Assembly: GCA_051362555.1 (NCBI GenBank) | Contig: CM120642.1 | Location: forward strand, 16,554,001 to 16,618,000 | Length of the DNA: 64,000 nucleotides | Direction: 5' to 3' | From: Lingula anatina | Lineage: Eukaryota; Animalia; Brachiopoda | Part shown: positions 51,009 to 63,240 of the stretch, in pieces | Layout of the letters: the number at the start of each line of letters is the position of its first letter | How positions within the stretch are numbered: position 1 is the stretch's first letter | Notes under the pieces: generated by a model | Database searches by the model: none | The model's input: the letters and a program-made list of their open reading frames with translations, nothing else | What the model was told of the DNA's origin: nothing | Translations under genes and position numbers: made by a program

Positions 51009-52353
51009 CAGGGGGTGACAAAAGTGCACCATTTTGTTTGAAAGTGAAAAACAGCTGTGTTTGTTAATTTTTTTCATTTAGTTTTTTTTTATTGACAACT
51101 GGTTTTGTCAAGTTATTATCTTTAATACAGGTTTAACGACCAATGCTTTGTCCTTACATAACGCATGTCACGCCAGTGTTAATATTTATTTGGTACAGCC
51201 ACGTGATCTCAATATGGCCGCCATCATTCTGGAGAGAGAATGATAACGGTTCAGTTATCTTCTGTAGGCTACGTGGGCGTAGGCTCTACAGACGTTTTGG
51301 ATTAGGGAGTTTCTGGTAAAGGAGAGGACCTTTGCCACTTGATTTCCAATTTCATTCCACATGTTTTCAACAGGGTTTGCGTCTGGTGACTGGGTAGGCC
51401 AGTCTACCCTGTTGATATCATTTAGGTAAAGCTCTGGCCCTGTGGGATGTAGCGTTACCATAGTGGAAAATGCATTGATGATTCCTGTTCCCAAATATGT
51501 TTTCTACCGATGGTAAAAAGTGCTGGTCCAGACTGTCAATGTAACGCTCCATGCATCAACGCTACATTCACCAATTCCGTAAAAACTAGTGCATCCCCAA
51601 ACTATTACTGAAGTGAGCTGTACAGCAAAGAAACGCATGTCCTAAGGCTGTAAGAAGTGGATGATGTCCTCCATACTCTCACTTGTCTATTGACTTTGTT
51701 AACGGTGAATATTGTCTCATCAGAAAATACAAAATGACGCCATAAATGGACCTAGAGTTCATGCAACGACTCTTGCACCCCATGTTACTTTTCTTCGTTC
51801 GTTTACCAATTTGATAAGTGGTTTTCACATGGCAACCCTGGTGTGAATTCCTGGAGCATGAAACTTTCCTTGAACAGTTATTTTGATAACCACAACCTTC
51901 AAATTACCACTGCTGATTTGAAGTCTTGACAGTAGAAAAAGACACTTGTTGTCTCTGGCAGTAGTCTTTTTTGGGCGGCCACTTCGTAGTGACTTATGGG
52001 CATCACCAGTGTTCTCCATTTTTCTACAAACCCTGTATACAGTCTGACCAGACACACCATATCTGGCGGCTATCTGGGCGGGGGGGGGGGGGATATTTAA
52101 ACCAACGCCTTATAGAAACTATTTATACCCTTGCTTCATTTGTGAGCTAGCTCCTGTACTTCCCGTGCTCGTACCGCCCGTGCCAGAAGGGGCTTACACC
52201 CTTGATGACACCTTTATATTGCACATGGATGGAAATTTATCATTGGTTACCCTAGCAATAAACCGCAATTCATTTTTTTATGATTGGGTCCCCCATGTCA
52301 CGTAGCGCACTATTCACACAGATGGTGCAATACTTTTGTAACACCCCCCCCCC
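51009..52353 (-). mobile_element. Degenerate Tc1-family DNA transposon
   Basis: Broken transposase motifs on the minus strand: RSGRPKKTTARD (~51990), WRHFVFSDE (~51720-51745) and WPTQSPDANPVENMW (~51360-51400). Imperfect TIRs CAGGGGGTGACAAAAGTGCACCAT / ATGGTGCAATACTTTTGTAACACCCC. Frameshifts and stops present. Confidence 0.88.
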
Positions 52354-52829
52354 ACCCACCCACCCACCCACAGTATGGTACAGTGTAGTGAAGTGGAATG
52401 GAGCGGTGGTCTAAAAGAAATAAATACAATAATGATTATACATAACAGTAGCCCACCAAGCCTAACATAATCACAAAATATACACAGGTAAAAAAAAACT
52501 AATACACTCACATAAATATATAATAATCTGCGTTGCACGTAATATAGAAACTTGCTTATAACAATGAAAATACTCACACAATATTAACCTAGCCCAGTGC
52601 TCCGACCAGCGTTAAAACTGACAGACGCCACGGTATGCTAAAACGATGAGGCAATTCGATAAGAACAAATACACAAAGTAACTCGAAACTAGAAATTTCT
52701 TAAACACATAACATATTATCTCAACTTATAATTATCTATTACACAGTAATATAGACAAAGCAAACAGAATCCTACCAGTGGTACCAGCACGAAGCATCGG
52801 GCAAACATTCGACAAACTTCTCTCTGAAG

Positions 52830-52975
52830 GGGCTGGACCAGACGTTTGTTTAACCACCGACTCATCAGCCACGAACGCGAATCTGCGTGGTCTTTGCATT
52901 CGCCCGACCTCAACCACAATTTTTTTTATCTGAAGGATCGAGTCTACAGAAACAACCCTCAGTGCCTCAGGCCAT
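52830..52975 (+). mobile_element. Tc1/mariner (DD37D/Tc3-like) transposase fragment
   Basis: FNHRLISH...WSLHSPDLN..FFYLKDRVYRNNP resembles the WPPRSPDLNPCDFFLWGYLKDRVY motif. Confidence 0.7.
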
Positions 52976-53913
52976 CTCAGGGCAGCAATCACTCAAGAAA
53001 CAACTTCGCCCATATAATTCAAGTGTGTCTTCAACAAAAGCTGAACGAAATTAATTTGGGCAATATTCTACAAAATACAGTAAAACCCTTGCCATTGGCA
53101 TGTTGATTGTAGCAGTAGATTTGCTAACTTCTCTAGTTTTCAGAAATATACAGAAAATATACATGTATGGCATCCATGGGTTACATTAATACTTAATAGA
53201 TTAATACTACATATTAGTTCACGAAGGCTGGCAATGGGTTCAAGAAACAACTGGCAAAGATTGTTCGTTTTATATATGACGTAGGCCTAATGAAATCTCT
53301 GTCCTAAGTTGATCTGAGGTGGAGCAATTCGTTTCTTTCTGCTTATTTATACAGACGCTATGCAATATTTTGATCATCTCTATGTTGAGCTTAGAAGTAG
53401 TGACACACCAGTACATGCACCACAGCTGATAGCTCAACCAGCATAACCACGGTATTTATCACTCGCTTTGTGCCAGCACCATCTTTTTCGCTATTAAGAA
53501 ATATTGGGTCTCTGCAGCAGATTGTGAAATAAATCATACGCTGCTGAACGCAATACGTCAGAAATAAATTATTACTAATAACCTGATTCATTGATTTATA
53601 TGTTTCGAGGACAAAGCCCCTATGCTACGTGAGTAGGGAAAATTGCTTTCTTCCCGAGAAAACAATGCGTTAGCGATTACCATTGCCCATAGAAGCACGC
53701 ATTTGCGTTTCTCATTATGCCCCCTTCAAAAAAGTGAAACCAGAATGGCTGTTAGAAGCAAAACACCGTACAGCATACAAGTAATCTTAAATTTCTTTTG
53801 CACTGTTGCAATCTTCGGTGTTACCCTTTCTTGGCCTGCGTTAACAATGGCACGCAACCCAAGCACAACGTATCAGATATCCGTGTACCACACATTTTGG
53901 TTTGCCATTTTTG

Positions 53914-55139
53914 TTTTTATCCCCGCATTTTTTTTTTTTTTTTTTTGGAGGGACAAAAGGCGGGGATCATGTTATCCCGCCCGTCCGTGCGTCCGTGCGT
54001 CTGTGTGTTAGTAATTTCCGCTATCTCCTCCTAGACTATTGCAGGTAGGAAAATGAAACTTTGGGAATTGGTAGACCCATCTTTAGGGATGTGCATGGGC
54101 ACATTGGAATTTTAGTGCAACAGGGGGTTAGGCTGTCCCTGGAGGGGTAGTTGATTCAAAATTCTTATGACATTATAATTTCTGCTATCTCCTCCTAGAC
54201 CGTTAGAGATAGGAAATTGAAACTATGGGAATTGGAAGATCCATCATCAGGGATGTGCATGGGCACATTTGAATTTTAGTGCCACAGGGCGTTGGGCTGT
54301 CCCCGGGGGGGGGGGTTGATTCTAAATTCTTATAACATTGAAATTTCTGCTATCTCCTCCTAGACCATCAGAGTTAGGAAGCTGAAACTTTGGTGAATAG
54401 TTTACCCATTATCAGGGATGTGCATGGGTACTTTGGAATTTTAGTGCCACAGGGGGTTGGGCTGTACCCTGGGAGTGGTTGATTTAAACTCTTAAGACAT
54501 TGTAATTATACTGCCATCTGCCCTAGACTATTCGAGTTAGGAAGTTGAAACTTTGTTGAATAGTTTACCCATCATCAGGGATGTGCATGGGCACTTTGGA
54601 ATTTTAGTGCAACAGGGGATTGGGCTGTCGCTAGGGGTGACTGATTCTAAATAGTTATGACATTGTAATCTCTGCTTTCTACTCCTTGACCGTCAGAGAT
54701 AGAAAATTGAAACTATGGGAATTGGAATATCTATCATCAGGGATGTGGATATACACTTTGAAATTTTAGTGCAACAGGATGCTGGGCTGTCCCCGGGGGG
54801 TGGTTGGTTTTGAATTCTTTTCACATTGTAGTTTCTGCTATTTTCTCCTAGACCATTGCAGGTAGGAAGTTGAAACTTTGGTGATTAGTATACCCATCTT
54901 CAGAAATGTGCATGGGCACTTTTGAATTTTAGTGCAACAGGGGGTTGGGCTGTCCCTGGGGGTTGGTTGATTCTAAATTCTTTTAACATTGTAGTTTTTT
55001 TACATTCATATTTTTAAATACCTTTGGGTGAAGCAGTGATGTGTGTGTACGTGCGTGTGTGGTAAGTGGTCCCTAGGAGTGAGCTGCTCTATGGGGAAGT
55101 GCTGGGATATGCGATGGCTACCCATCGGCACCATCTAGT
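53914..55139 (+). mobile_element. Helentron-associated non-autonomous element (HINE/DINE-1-like) carrying six ~163-165-bp tandem repeats
   Basis: 5' TTTTTATCCCCGC with nearby inverted copy GCGGGGAT and a (GTCC/GTGC) microsatellite. Repeat units start at ~54012, 54176, 54341, 54503, 54666 and 54829. 3' subterminal GCTGGGATA, hairpin CGATGGCTACCCATCG and terminal CTAGT. Confidence 0.82.
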
Positions 55140-55669
55140 GTTGAGATTCTTTTGAAACGGGAATATATAAATCGATTTTGGAACTTACGTGAAAAAAGTC
55201 AACGACTAACCGACGTTGAGGTCTCACCTTGAGCTCTTTCGCAAGGTGATTACTTCAAAAAATTGTTTCTCATCCTACCAGATGACAGACATATTTTTAC
55301 TCATTCTTTTGAAAATTAAGCAAATCCACCTTTAAACATATCACTTCGTATGGCGATAATTAATATTTCTATGGTACTCAGGTTAAGCAAAACAATTCAT
55401 TTACAAAAAATGCCTTTTCTGTTTTTTTAACTAATATCTAAAGATTTTATTTTAAAGAAAATATGGAATAAGTGAATATTAGTCTTGCAATTTCAGATTT
55501 ATTTATACTAAAGTGTAAATCAAACATGAATACATAAAATCATGTAGAGGTTTATAAAACACAAAAATAGAGTAAAACATATCCAATACGTATGAGAAAA
55601 GGTAGCGACATGTTGTATGTCATCAAAATTTGTTATGAAAATAAAAAAACTAGAGCTAAAACAGTCATA

Positions 55670-56115
55670 GGCCTAAATAATAATGAATTACTGAACATCA
55701 TATTCACATCTTTGTTTCATATAATTTAGCAATACTATAATGTTTATTAATTATCATGGACACAAAAATATAAATAAGTGTCTTTCAAATATAAAAAACG
55801 TATAGAAAACAGTGTATATAAGAAAATATATTTACTATTATAGTAGTATATGTATGAACGCGTATTTACTAATATTATTGTAACAGTCTATAAACAAAGA
55901 TATCAAAATCATATCAAATACATGTATAATAAAACAGTAACGCGTTGTGTGTCATTAAAACTTAATTGTTATAAGATAAATCAAAGATCTCATTAAAAAG
56001 TTAAATAAATGTGATTAATAAATGAAATGTGCCTTGCACACTTGCCGCAATAAAGCGGAATTGCAAGGTGGATACCAGCTGCAGGCGATTTCATTTGAAG
56101 ATTTTTATTTAAATT
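55670..56115 (-). promoter_or_regulatory. AU-rich elements in the putative IL-17 3' UTR
   Basis: Several ATTTA pentamers on the minus strand, including overlapping ATTTATTTA at 56010-56002, in very AT-rich sequence. This is typical of labile cytokine mRNAs. The UTR end was not determined. Confidence 0.5.
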
Positions 56116-56311
56116 TTATATTAAGATATACATATACATTGTAATCCCACGGTATGCTAGAGAAACACAATCATTAAATTCAGTCTTTGTTGATGTAGCT
56201 CTTTCTTTCTTTTTTTCTTTCTTGGATTCCAGAATATTGCTGCTGCTTATTCCACAAACTTAGACGCCAGTTGACCCACAACTAATGCCATTATCGCCTG
56301 GATATCTATCA

Positions 56312-57737
56312 TTACGTCAACCGAAAAGGAATCCCTGGGGCGCACGTGCAGCCCGCTTCTATGCTGACCCACTTGTTGTCCACCTGTACCTTGTATTTGA
56401 CGTATTCGCATCTACTGCGTCCATCAAGCGATTGTTCAGCGAGACAACGTGCCCTCAGTAAAATCTCGGGTTGCCTGTATAAATACAAACGGACGTGTCA
56501 ACGGTTATTGAAGGCAATGCTTGTATAATTAGGCTATGACCAAGTAAGATTATGTTGGAGCCTAGACTGGGTCCCCATACCTAGATCGATCTAACAGGAT
56601 CGATCCATCTCCAAGGGGTTTCTTCCTAAATTGCTTTCAGCTAAAGCGGCTTATATGTCTGTCTTAATTACCCCCTACCGGTAGCAGCCTCAGTAGGCCT
56701 GACAGACATCTAAGCCGCTTAAGTTAATTGCCATTTAGCGAGAATCCCCTTGGACATAGATCGATCCACAGTAAGTACGATAGGGTCCGAGAATGGTCAC
56801 CTAGACTTTTTAAGGGTTTTAATTTGTTTTTGAGTAAAGAACTACAGATAATAAAACATTGTTTGATTACCATTTCTAGATTCCATTATGTTGTGATTTT
56901 CAAATTTTATGTTTGAAATATATTAGTCAGAGGAGGCGTTCACAATGAAGATATCGTGCTCGGTAGTTCGAACCAACTCAGTAGAGATTCTTGCTGAATG
57001 CAGTTAGATTAACAGATTTTAAAATACGTCTCCTCCTGACGTTGAGTCCAATACGGAGAAGCCGGTAATTATTCGAGTACGTTGAAAACGAGAGGAGGAG
57101 TGTTCATCTGTCGATCTGGCCCCTGTATCTCGAAAGCATCGGGTATTGCGAATAGCAATATCACATAGAGGCTACGATGTATTATATAGGGCGAGTATGG
57201 GCGAGTTATGGAATCGAGACGCTTGCGCACGGTTGCAATGCGCGATCCTTTCGAGATACGGAGCCCAGATTGCATTCAGTGAGTTACAGTGAAATGCTAA
57301 TTCGAACTACCTACCCTATTCCAACTGATATGAAGAACTCAATATTTGTAACTCTTCCGAAGAAGCCGAAAGCCCAACATTGAATTCAGAACAGTTAGCC
57401 TAAGAAGTCTTATTACAAAGTTATTACTGAAAGTAATACAAACAGCGAATACCAGACAAAATTGACCAAGAAGTGGCACGATAACGAAGTGGTTTTCGAC
57501 CAGGAACAGGAACAAGAGAAGAGGATATCAATCTTCGAACCATCCTAAATAAAAGTACTAAAAGATATTTCCTACAAAAACAGAACGTTATTATAACATT
57601 ACCAAAAAAACCTTCGTTATCATAACGTGTTGGGTTTACACGTTTTATTGACTAGACTAAATGTATGCATGTATGTATGTATTTATGTTTATATGTATGT
57701 ATGTATGTATGTTTGTTTGTTTGTTTGTAAAGGCTGA

Positions 57738-57809
<72 letters not shown>

Positions 57810-58548
57810 GAATGAAATCGAGCAAAAGTTGGTAAACATACCTGCCATGTTTTTCGTCATAGATCATATACCATGGGCAGTTTGTCTCCGTGTTGTTGGC
57901 AAGATTGTCTCTAGGATTTATTGGCTCATGAAAACCATTCTTTAGTACGTGTGTGTGTCGCCGCACGGGTGAAGCTATGGCTACTGCCACAACTAGCAGT
58001 GTAAAGAAGTACAATCCCTGTAAAAGCAAAATGTGAAAATTGCCCGATTTTAAGATTTAATTGTCAAAGTGTTTGTAAATTTATTCATGATAAATATACA
58101 ACGTTTTTATATCTGTTTATCAAATAAAATTCAAAAACTCTATTTGATCTTATTTCAATCATTAAAGTCGTATTTCCCGCCTATATTTAAAGTTACAAAG
58201 ACCCATTGGACGTCAAGTAACATAACATAAACCTCTTCTTTTAATTGCGGAATACGGGAGTCAGTACGATAACTGAGCTCTAAGCGATGGTAAAATTTGG
58301 GTTAAGGAATTAATTTTTCCAATAATAACGTGAAACCAAGAAAAATTCGCTAAGTGTGAGATTTTCAAGGGATCAGTATCCAAAATTTTAAAATGACGCT
58401 GGTGATGTCAAGTATTCTGTATTTATGCAGGGCTTTACTTGATGGGCTTTTGCATGCAGCATTCACGGTAACCTAGCTACCTTGATATCTTCCTATTTAT
58501 AAACTTAACAGTTTATAAAAACAAATGGGCACTCACACAAATACTCAT
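56312..58548 (-). CDS. IL17: Interleukin-17-like cystine-knot cytokine (~116 aa precursor)
   Basis: Exons 58548-58537 (MSIC, tentative), 58017-57842 (GLYFFTLLVVAVAIAS...TNCPWYMIYDEKHGR) and 56474-56312 (QPEILLRARCLAEQSLDGRSRCEYVKYKVQVDNKWVSIEAGCTCAPGIPFRLT*). Signal peptide plus IL-17 hallmarks CPW, RxPxxIxxAxC and GCTC. Confidence 0.85.
56564..56787. mobile_element. Harbinger-like MITE copy (TAGATCGATCTA family) in IL-17 intron 2
   Basis: Shares TAGATCGATCTA, TTAATTACCCC and GACAGACAT..AAGCCG segments with 33485-33710 and 63664-63980. Confidence 0.55.
57315..57547 (+). mobile_element. RTE-clade LINE reverse transcriptase fragment, antisense to IL-17
   Basis: Frameshifted translation IPTDMKNSIFVTLPKKPKA / EFRTVSLRSLITKLLLKVIQ / RIPDKIDQEVAR*RSGFRPGTGTRE..NLRTI matches non-LTR RT domains 0-2. 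Confidence 0.85.
57660..57805. repeat. Compound microsatellite (ATGT)n (GTTT)n (GT)n (GA)n
   Basis: Directly visible. Confidence 0.9.
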
Positions 58549-58703
58549 TTTGACTTCCGTGATAGTGCTTTTGACTTTTTCAGCTTCGAAGATAATACGA
58601 TAAACCCCCCCCCCCCCCAACCTTGCTAAAAGGGAAGGCGTTATAAGGACCAACAATTATCGAAGGACACGAGTCCGATAAGGACAGGATGGGATAGCAG
58701 CAT

Positions 58704-58710
58704 ATTTATA
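58704..58710 (-). promoter_or_regulatory. Candidate TATA box of the IL-17-like gene
   Basis: TATAAAT on the minus strand, ~155 bp upstream of the proposed ATG. Confidence 0.35.
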
Positions 58711-59209
58711 TGATACAGAACAATAGAAAAATGATGACTTCCGTTTAAAAGATGTTGATTCTTTTAAGTCACAGGAAGACATAAAAATGAACGGGTGCAT
58801 ATGTTTAAGGCTTTATGGTCGTAATCAAAAACCCATATAAAGCACGGAATCTGGGCCACCCTGTGTCTATTTTTTTTCAAAGCTGGTCCTTGTCACCCAC
58901 TCCTTAGTATTATAATGACATAATAAACTACGAAAAACGAGGTTATGATGAGCATAAAGCGATGACGTAGTGCACATTTTCGTCCTTCGTCTTCGTTGTT
59001 CGTCGTCTGCTAAACCTCTCTAATGCATTTTTCACCCTGAGCGGATACAGGCATTGATAGGTTTTAAAAGGCGTTCGATCTTTGTCGTCCAAAACAAAAA
59101 AAAAACTGTCCATTAATATAGCACACGTGCTGAGCATGCTTATGCCCGGATTTCGCCGATTTTAGTGTGCCAATATCATGGGCACATTTTGGACAAAGAA
59201 AGCCGAGAT

Positions 59210-60218
59210 ATCTGATAGAAGTTGAGTCAGAATCTGTTAAATTTGATGTTATGCCAAATACCGTGTCTGACAAGTCAACAAGCACAATGTCAGGAAATTT
59301 CATGAGTAGAAATGAAGTTGATCTGTAGTTAAAGGTGATTTACCAGCTGAATCAGTAAATGAATGTCCTGTGAAAGCACATGGCAGTGCTGCGCCACAAG
59401 TTCAGTTGAGAATGTCATCTAGAGAAGCTAAAACACCAGTAAGATTTAAAGATTTTGTGAAGTGCTGATTTTTTGTTCACTTCATGCTACATAGAGACAT
59501 TTCGTCAGTAAAGTGAATCTGTTGTTCAGAAAACATTTAGTTAAGCCCTAGTGTGTAAGACACCTACTTAGTAGTTAGAGTTGTTTAACAGTCATTATAC
59601 TTAAAGGGATAATAACTCTTCGTATGAAATCTGTATTTCACAATAAAAACATTGTGAGTGACTCATAAAAATATAATATATACTGTTTTCCCACAAAAAC
59701 GGCAGTTATAGCTATTATTCTGATATCTGAGCTTGTCTTTAGACCACGTGACCTCCATTGATGGCTATACTCTGTTAAAATCTCTTAAGAGATTTTAACA
59801 AAAAACCAAACTTTTTAGAAAAAAACCAGGGACTAACTTTGAATGTAAAAATGGATTCATTAACCATTGGTAAGTATGGGAAAATTGTTGTTTACTCCAG
59901 GAAAATTCATTTTTTGGCCGAAACGAAGAGTTATTATCACTTTAAGCACCTACAGTTGTTTTTGACAGTTAGTGTTCAAGTTAACCCTGCATTAAATATT
60001 TTAAGTCAAACCTAAACGAAAGGGGTTGTAACAGTATGTCGTTAGGTGAAACTATATTTAACATACATGTACTGCATGTACTAGACTATGTATTTGTGTA
60101 TTGTATGTCAAGCGGCATCGCTATGCGCACGAATACGAATAATTAAGTAGTGCCCCTCACGTTGTTTAAGACATTTCGTCATATTCCGTCAAGCAAGTCT
60201 AATTAGAAAGAACAACAT
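59210..60218 (+). mobile_element. 3' remnant of a Gypsy-like LTR retrotransposon (integrase tail, PPT, candidate LTR)
   Basis: VQLRMSSREAKTPVRFKDFVKC* (stop at 59468) resembles the LRRSxRxxKxPxRFxDF tail of Gypsy pol. Purine tract AAAGGGG directly precedes TGTAAC (~60027), with a candidate LTR end ACAACA at 60218. Confidence 0.6.
59605..59941. mobile_element. Kolobok-like MITE nested in the Gypsy remnant
   Basis: TTAA-AGGGATAATAACTCTTCGT ... ACGAAGAGTTATTATCACT-TTAA: purine-purine start and TTAA target duplication. Confidence 0.8.
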
Positions 60219-62249
60219 ATTTCAGACTTGTCCACACGCCCGATTTCGTTGGGAGTCTCACGATTCATAGTTTAAAAATCCCCCGATCTAGGAGAATTCT
60301 CCTTTTTTTCTTTCGGTAGAACACGTGGTTATTTCATTCATGAAAATGTGCCAATTGCCTTCTTAGTTTCATTGATGGAGGGTACATGTAGTGATAGGTA
60401 GATGAACCATTTAAACTGCCGCAAGAGTGCTAATGTCTGAGATTTCGTGCTAGTTGCAATTGCCAACATGTTCCCATAGACCTACATCGTAGGTACACGT
60501 AGCCAATCCATTCTTGATGTTGCAGTGAATTCAAAAATGTATTTTAGGTTACTAAAGGCTACATCAATATAAACATCTAGTGTCAGTTATCACACTGTGA
60601 CCCTGGTGCATGTAAAGGACACGGTCCTGACAACACTTGGCGCTTAATGTCTATGCTAGATATTAACTAGACTGATACTCTGTACTTAACTCGCTATTTT
60701 GCCTAAGTTGTGAGTCTGGTCCAATTTTCAATCATTAGAGTCTACGTCTTTAAAAAAAAATTTTTTCTTCGTTGCTGTTGTTGTTGTTGTTTTACTATAT
60801 GGTGTTATAAGTAGTCAGTTTTGATGAGCTCCCATTTTCGACAAATAGATTTCAAGTTTCCTTTTTAAATATTACCTACCTGTATGTTTTTCAAGTCCGC
60901 GCGAGAAAAATGCTTCACAAAAAATAAAATAAAATAAGATTTAAAAAGCTTTACAAACTTTTAAACAAAATTAGTGGCGGACACAAACTACCATATTACA
61001 CTTAAGATTTAATTATACGCACATCTTTTTGACTTCCACTCAGCATTTTTGGTATCCGTCGTTTTTTTTTTCGGTTTTTTTCCTTCGCGTGTCTGCTACT
61101 TGGTGGCTGTCTGTATTCTGTATCCAGAGCTCACTTCAATACCAGGTAACGCCATTGCTAAGTGAGTCACTCGTCGTTACGGATTAAAAGCAAGAAACAA
61201 AGGCTGCTCGAAATAGGGTTAATTGTGACGAGAAAGAGCTCTGTGGTCAAAATTAATGGTTTGGAATTCAAAAATTGTAAATAAATTAAAGTAAACTGAT
61301 TCCAATTGTATAAAAGTTGAAAAGTTACTAAGTGCAAGTAGCTTAATTTTGTTTAGTGTCAACTAGTACGAAATTTGCTCTTTATTATTCAAGAATAGAA
61401 ATTGTCAATAAAATCAAAGGTTTGTAATGGTTGTTTTCTTCTACATTCAAGAAGTAATTTTCCATGATATTGATAACTACGGTTAGCTCGACTTAACAAA
61501 AAAAGACTCAACAAACTTGTTTAGGATATTTGGTTTTAGAACATTCGAAAATATGCTTCAAGAGATTCTATAATAAGACAATGTTGAACAAAAATACAAT
61601 TTTGCAGTTTGCGTAATCAGTATAAAGATTTTTAGAGGATAAGTTCCCTTGTATATGTACAAAAAAGAAAGAGATGGTTAATAAACGTTTGAAACTGCCA
61701 ACGGCAGTGCTTTAGGCGCGCGTGCGTTGTGACCGACACAGTTCGTCTTAATCGGACCATAGTGAGAAAAATTAAATTGTAGCCGAAATCCATCATTATG
61801 GTTTTTAGTCGACATTTTTAGACCAATCGTAATATAAGGCCTCTTAAAGTTGTCAATTTCGGATAGAATCAACTACAGTGAAGTTGAATTAAGAATAAAT
61901 GAAGACAACTTGGTCACGCAAGTCTGCGTCTCCCGTCTTTGTTTGTCCCCCCAAAAACATTTTCCTCCGTGTTTTATAATCACCATATTCCGTCAAGAAA
62001 ATCTAAATAGATAATAATATTTCAGTTCTGATTCACGATGTTTTGATTCACGGCAATAGGCGTTATGCCTTTGTACAGGGCGTCGGTTTAGGCGTGGAAA
62101 GTACGCCGCACGATTTGGTTACGCCACTAACGGGGTGTAAATAAGTCGACGGATCTATTTTTCTGGGCTTCTCTTTCATTAATTCACAAAAATAAGATAT
62201 GAAGAAATGGCGAAGAGTTTGAGTGTGCCCTAAAGTGTAACATGGAATT

Positions 62250-63240
62250 CGGTCAAATTTTGTAGTAATGCCATACACAGTCTCAGACTGATGAATGGAG
62301 GGTGTGGCCAACATAGGTACTGGGCAATAATACCGTCAGTCTCCACGCAAAACGCAATGTACTTTTGTTTCATTCATTTACAATGTTGACACCAAGAAAC
62401 GCACGTTTGACTTCAGTGACGAAACTTAATCTTGAATTCAATTTGTAATAAAGAAGCAGCGTATATAAAGCGCGCTCACACAATGGCCAGGACAAATAGA
62501 ACAAAATGATACAATGAAAACGTGTTTAATGAGAAAGAAAACGTGTTGTATTCACACGTTAAACTGCATGCTTTTATAGTACACAATTATCAGGCAAATC
62601 AACGATTACACCAACCACATCATAATTGATGAGAGTCAAAAACGTCAGTTTTGTGATTTCAGTCCGAAATATAAGTGGAAAATATTTGATGAGAGTCAAA
62701 AACGTCAGTTTTGTGATTTCAGTCCGAAATATAAGTGGAAAATATAATTTCTAAAAAGTGACGATTTGAAATGAAATCAACAGACGATAGATTCATTTAA
62801 GACATTTACAATGGCTACGTGTGTCCGTCACATTTATCTCATATGAAATTTTCTCAAACTTTGTAGTAATGTCATACACAGTCTCAGACTGATGAATGAA
62901 AGGAGTGATCTACATGGCTACTGGGTAAAGATACCGTCAGCCTCCATGCGTTTATAATGTTTTTAAGATTTTTATTTATTTAAGGCGTTGATACCAACAA
63001 AGTAATTTTTGACTTCAAAGAAGAAACTTAATCCTGAATTCAATTTGGAATAAAGAGGCAGTGCAGTTCTGTGGAAATAAAAGCGCGAGCGGACAACAGC
63101 CGGACCAAATACCAAATCATGCAAATAAAACATTTGCTTTATGTGTAAAATAAACACTTTCTATTTACAGGTTAAACTGTATGTTTTTATAGTACACCAA
63201 TATCAGGCATAGGAATAACAAAACAAACCACGTAATAGAT
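62250..63240. repeat. Diverged ~600-bp tandem duplication containing an exact 60-bp duplication
   Basis: TTTGTAGTAATG.CATACACAGTCTCAGACTGATGAATG at ~62259 and ~62860. TTGATGAGAGTCAAAAACGTCAG...GGAAAATAT occurs at both 62626 and 62686. Confidence 0.8.

Noticed and set aside
54012-54995. CRISPR-like array
   Set aside because: Whole ~165-bp units are repeated with no unique spacers, the context is eukaryotic and there are no cas genes.
62885-62910. Hammerhead ribozyme core (CTGATGA..GAAA)
   Set aside because: No stem II between the motifs, no convincing stems I and III, and the duplicate at ~62288 lacks GAAA.
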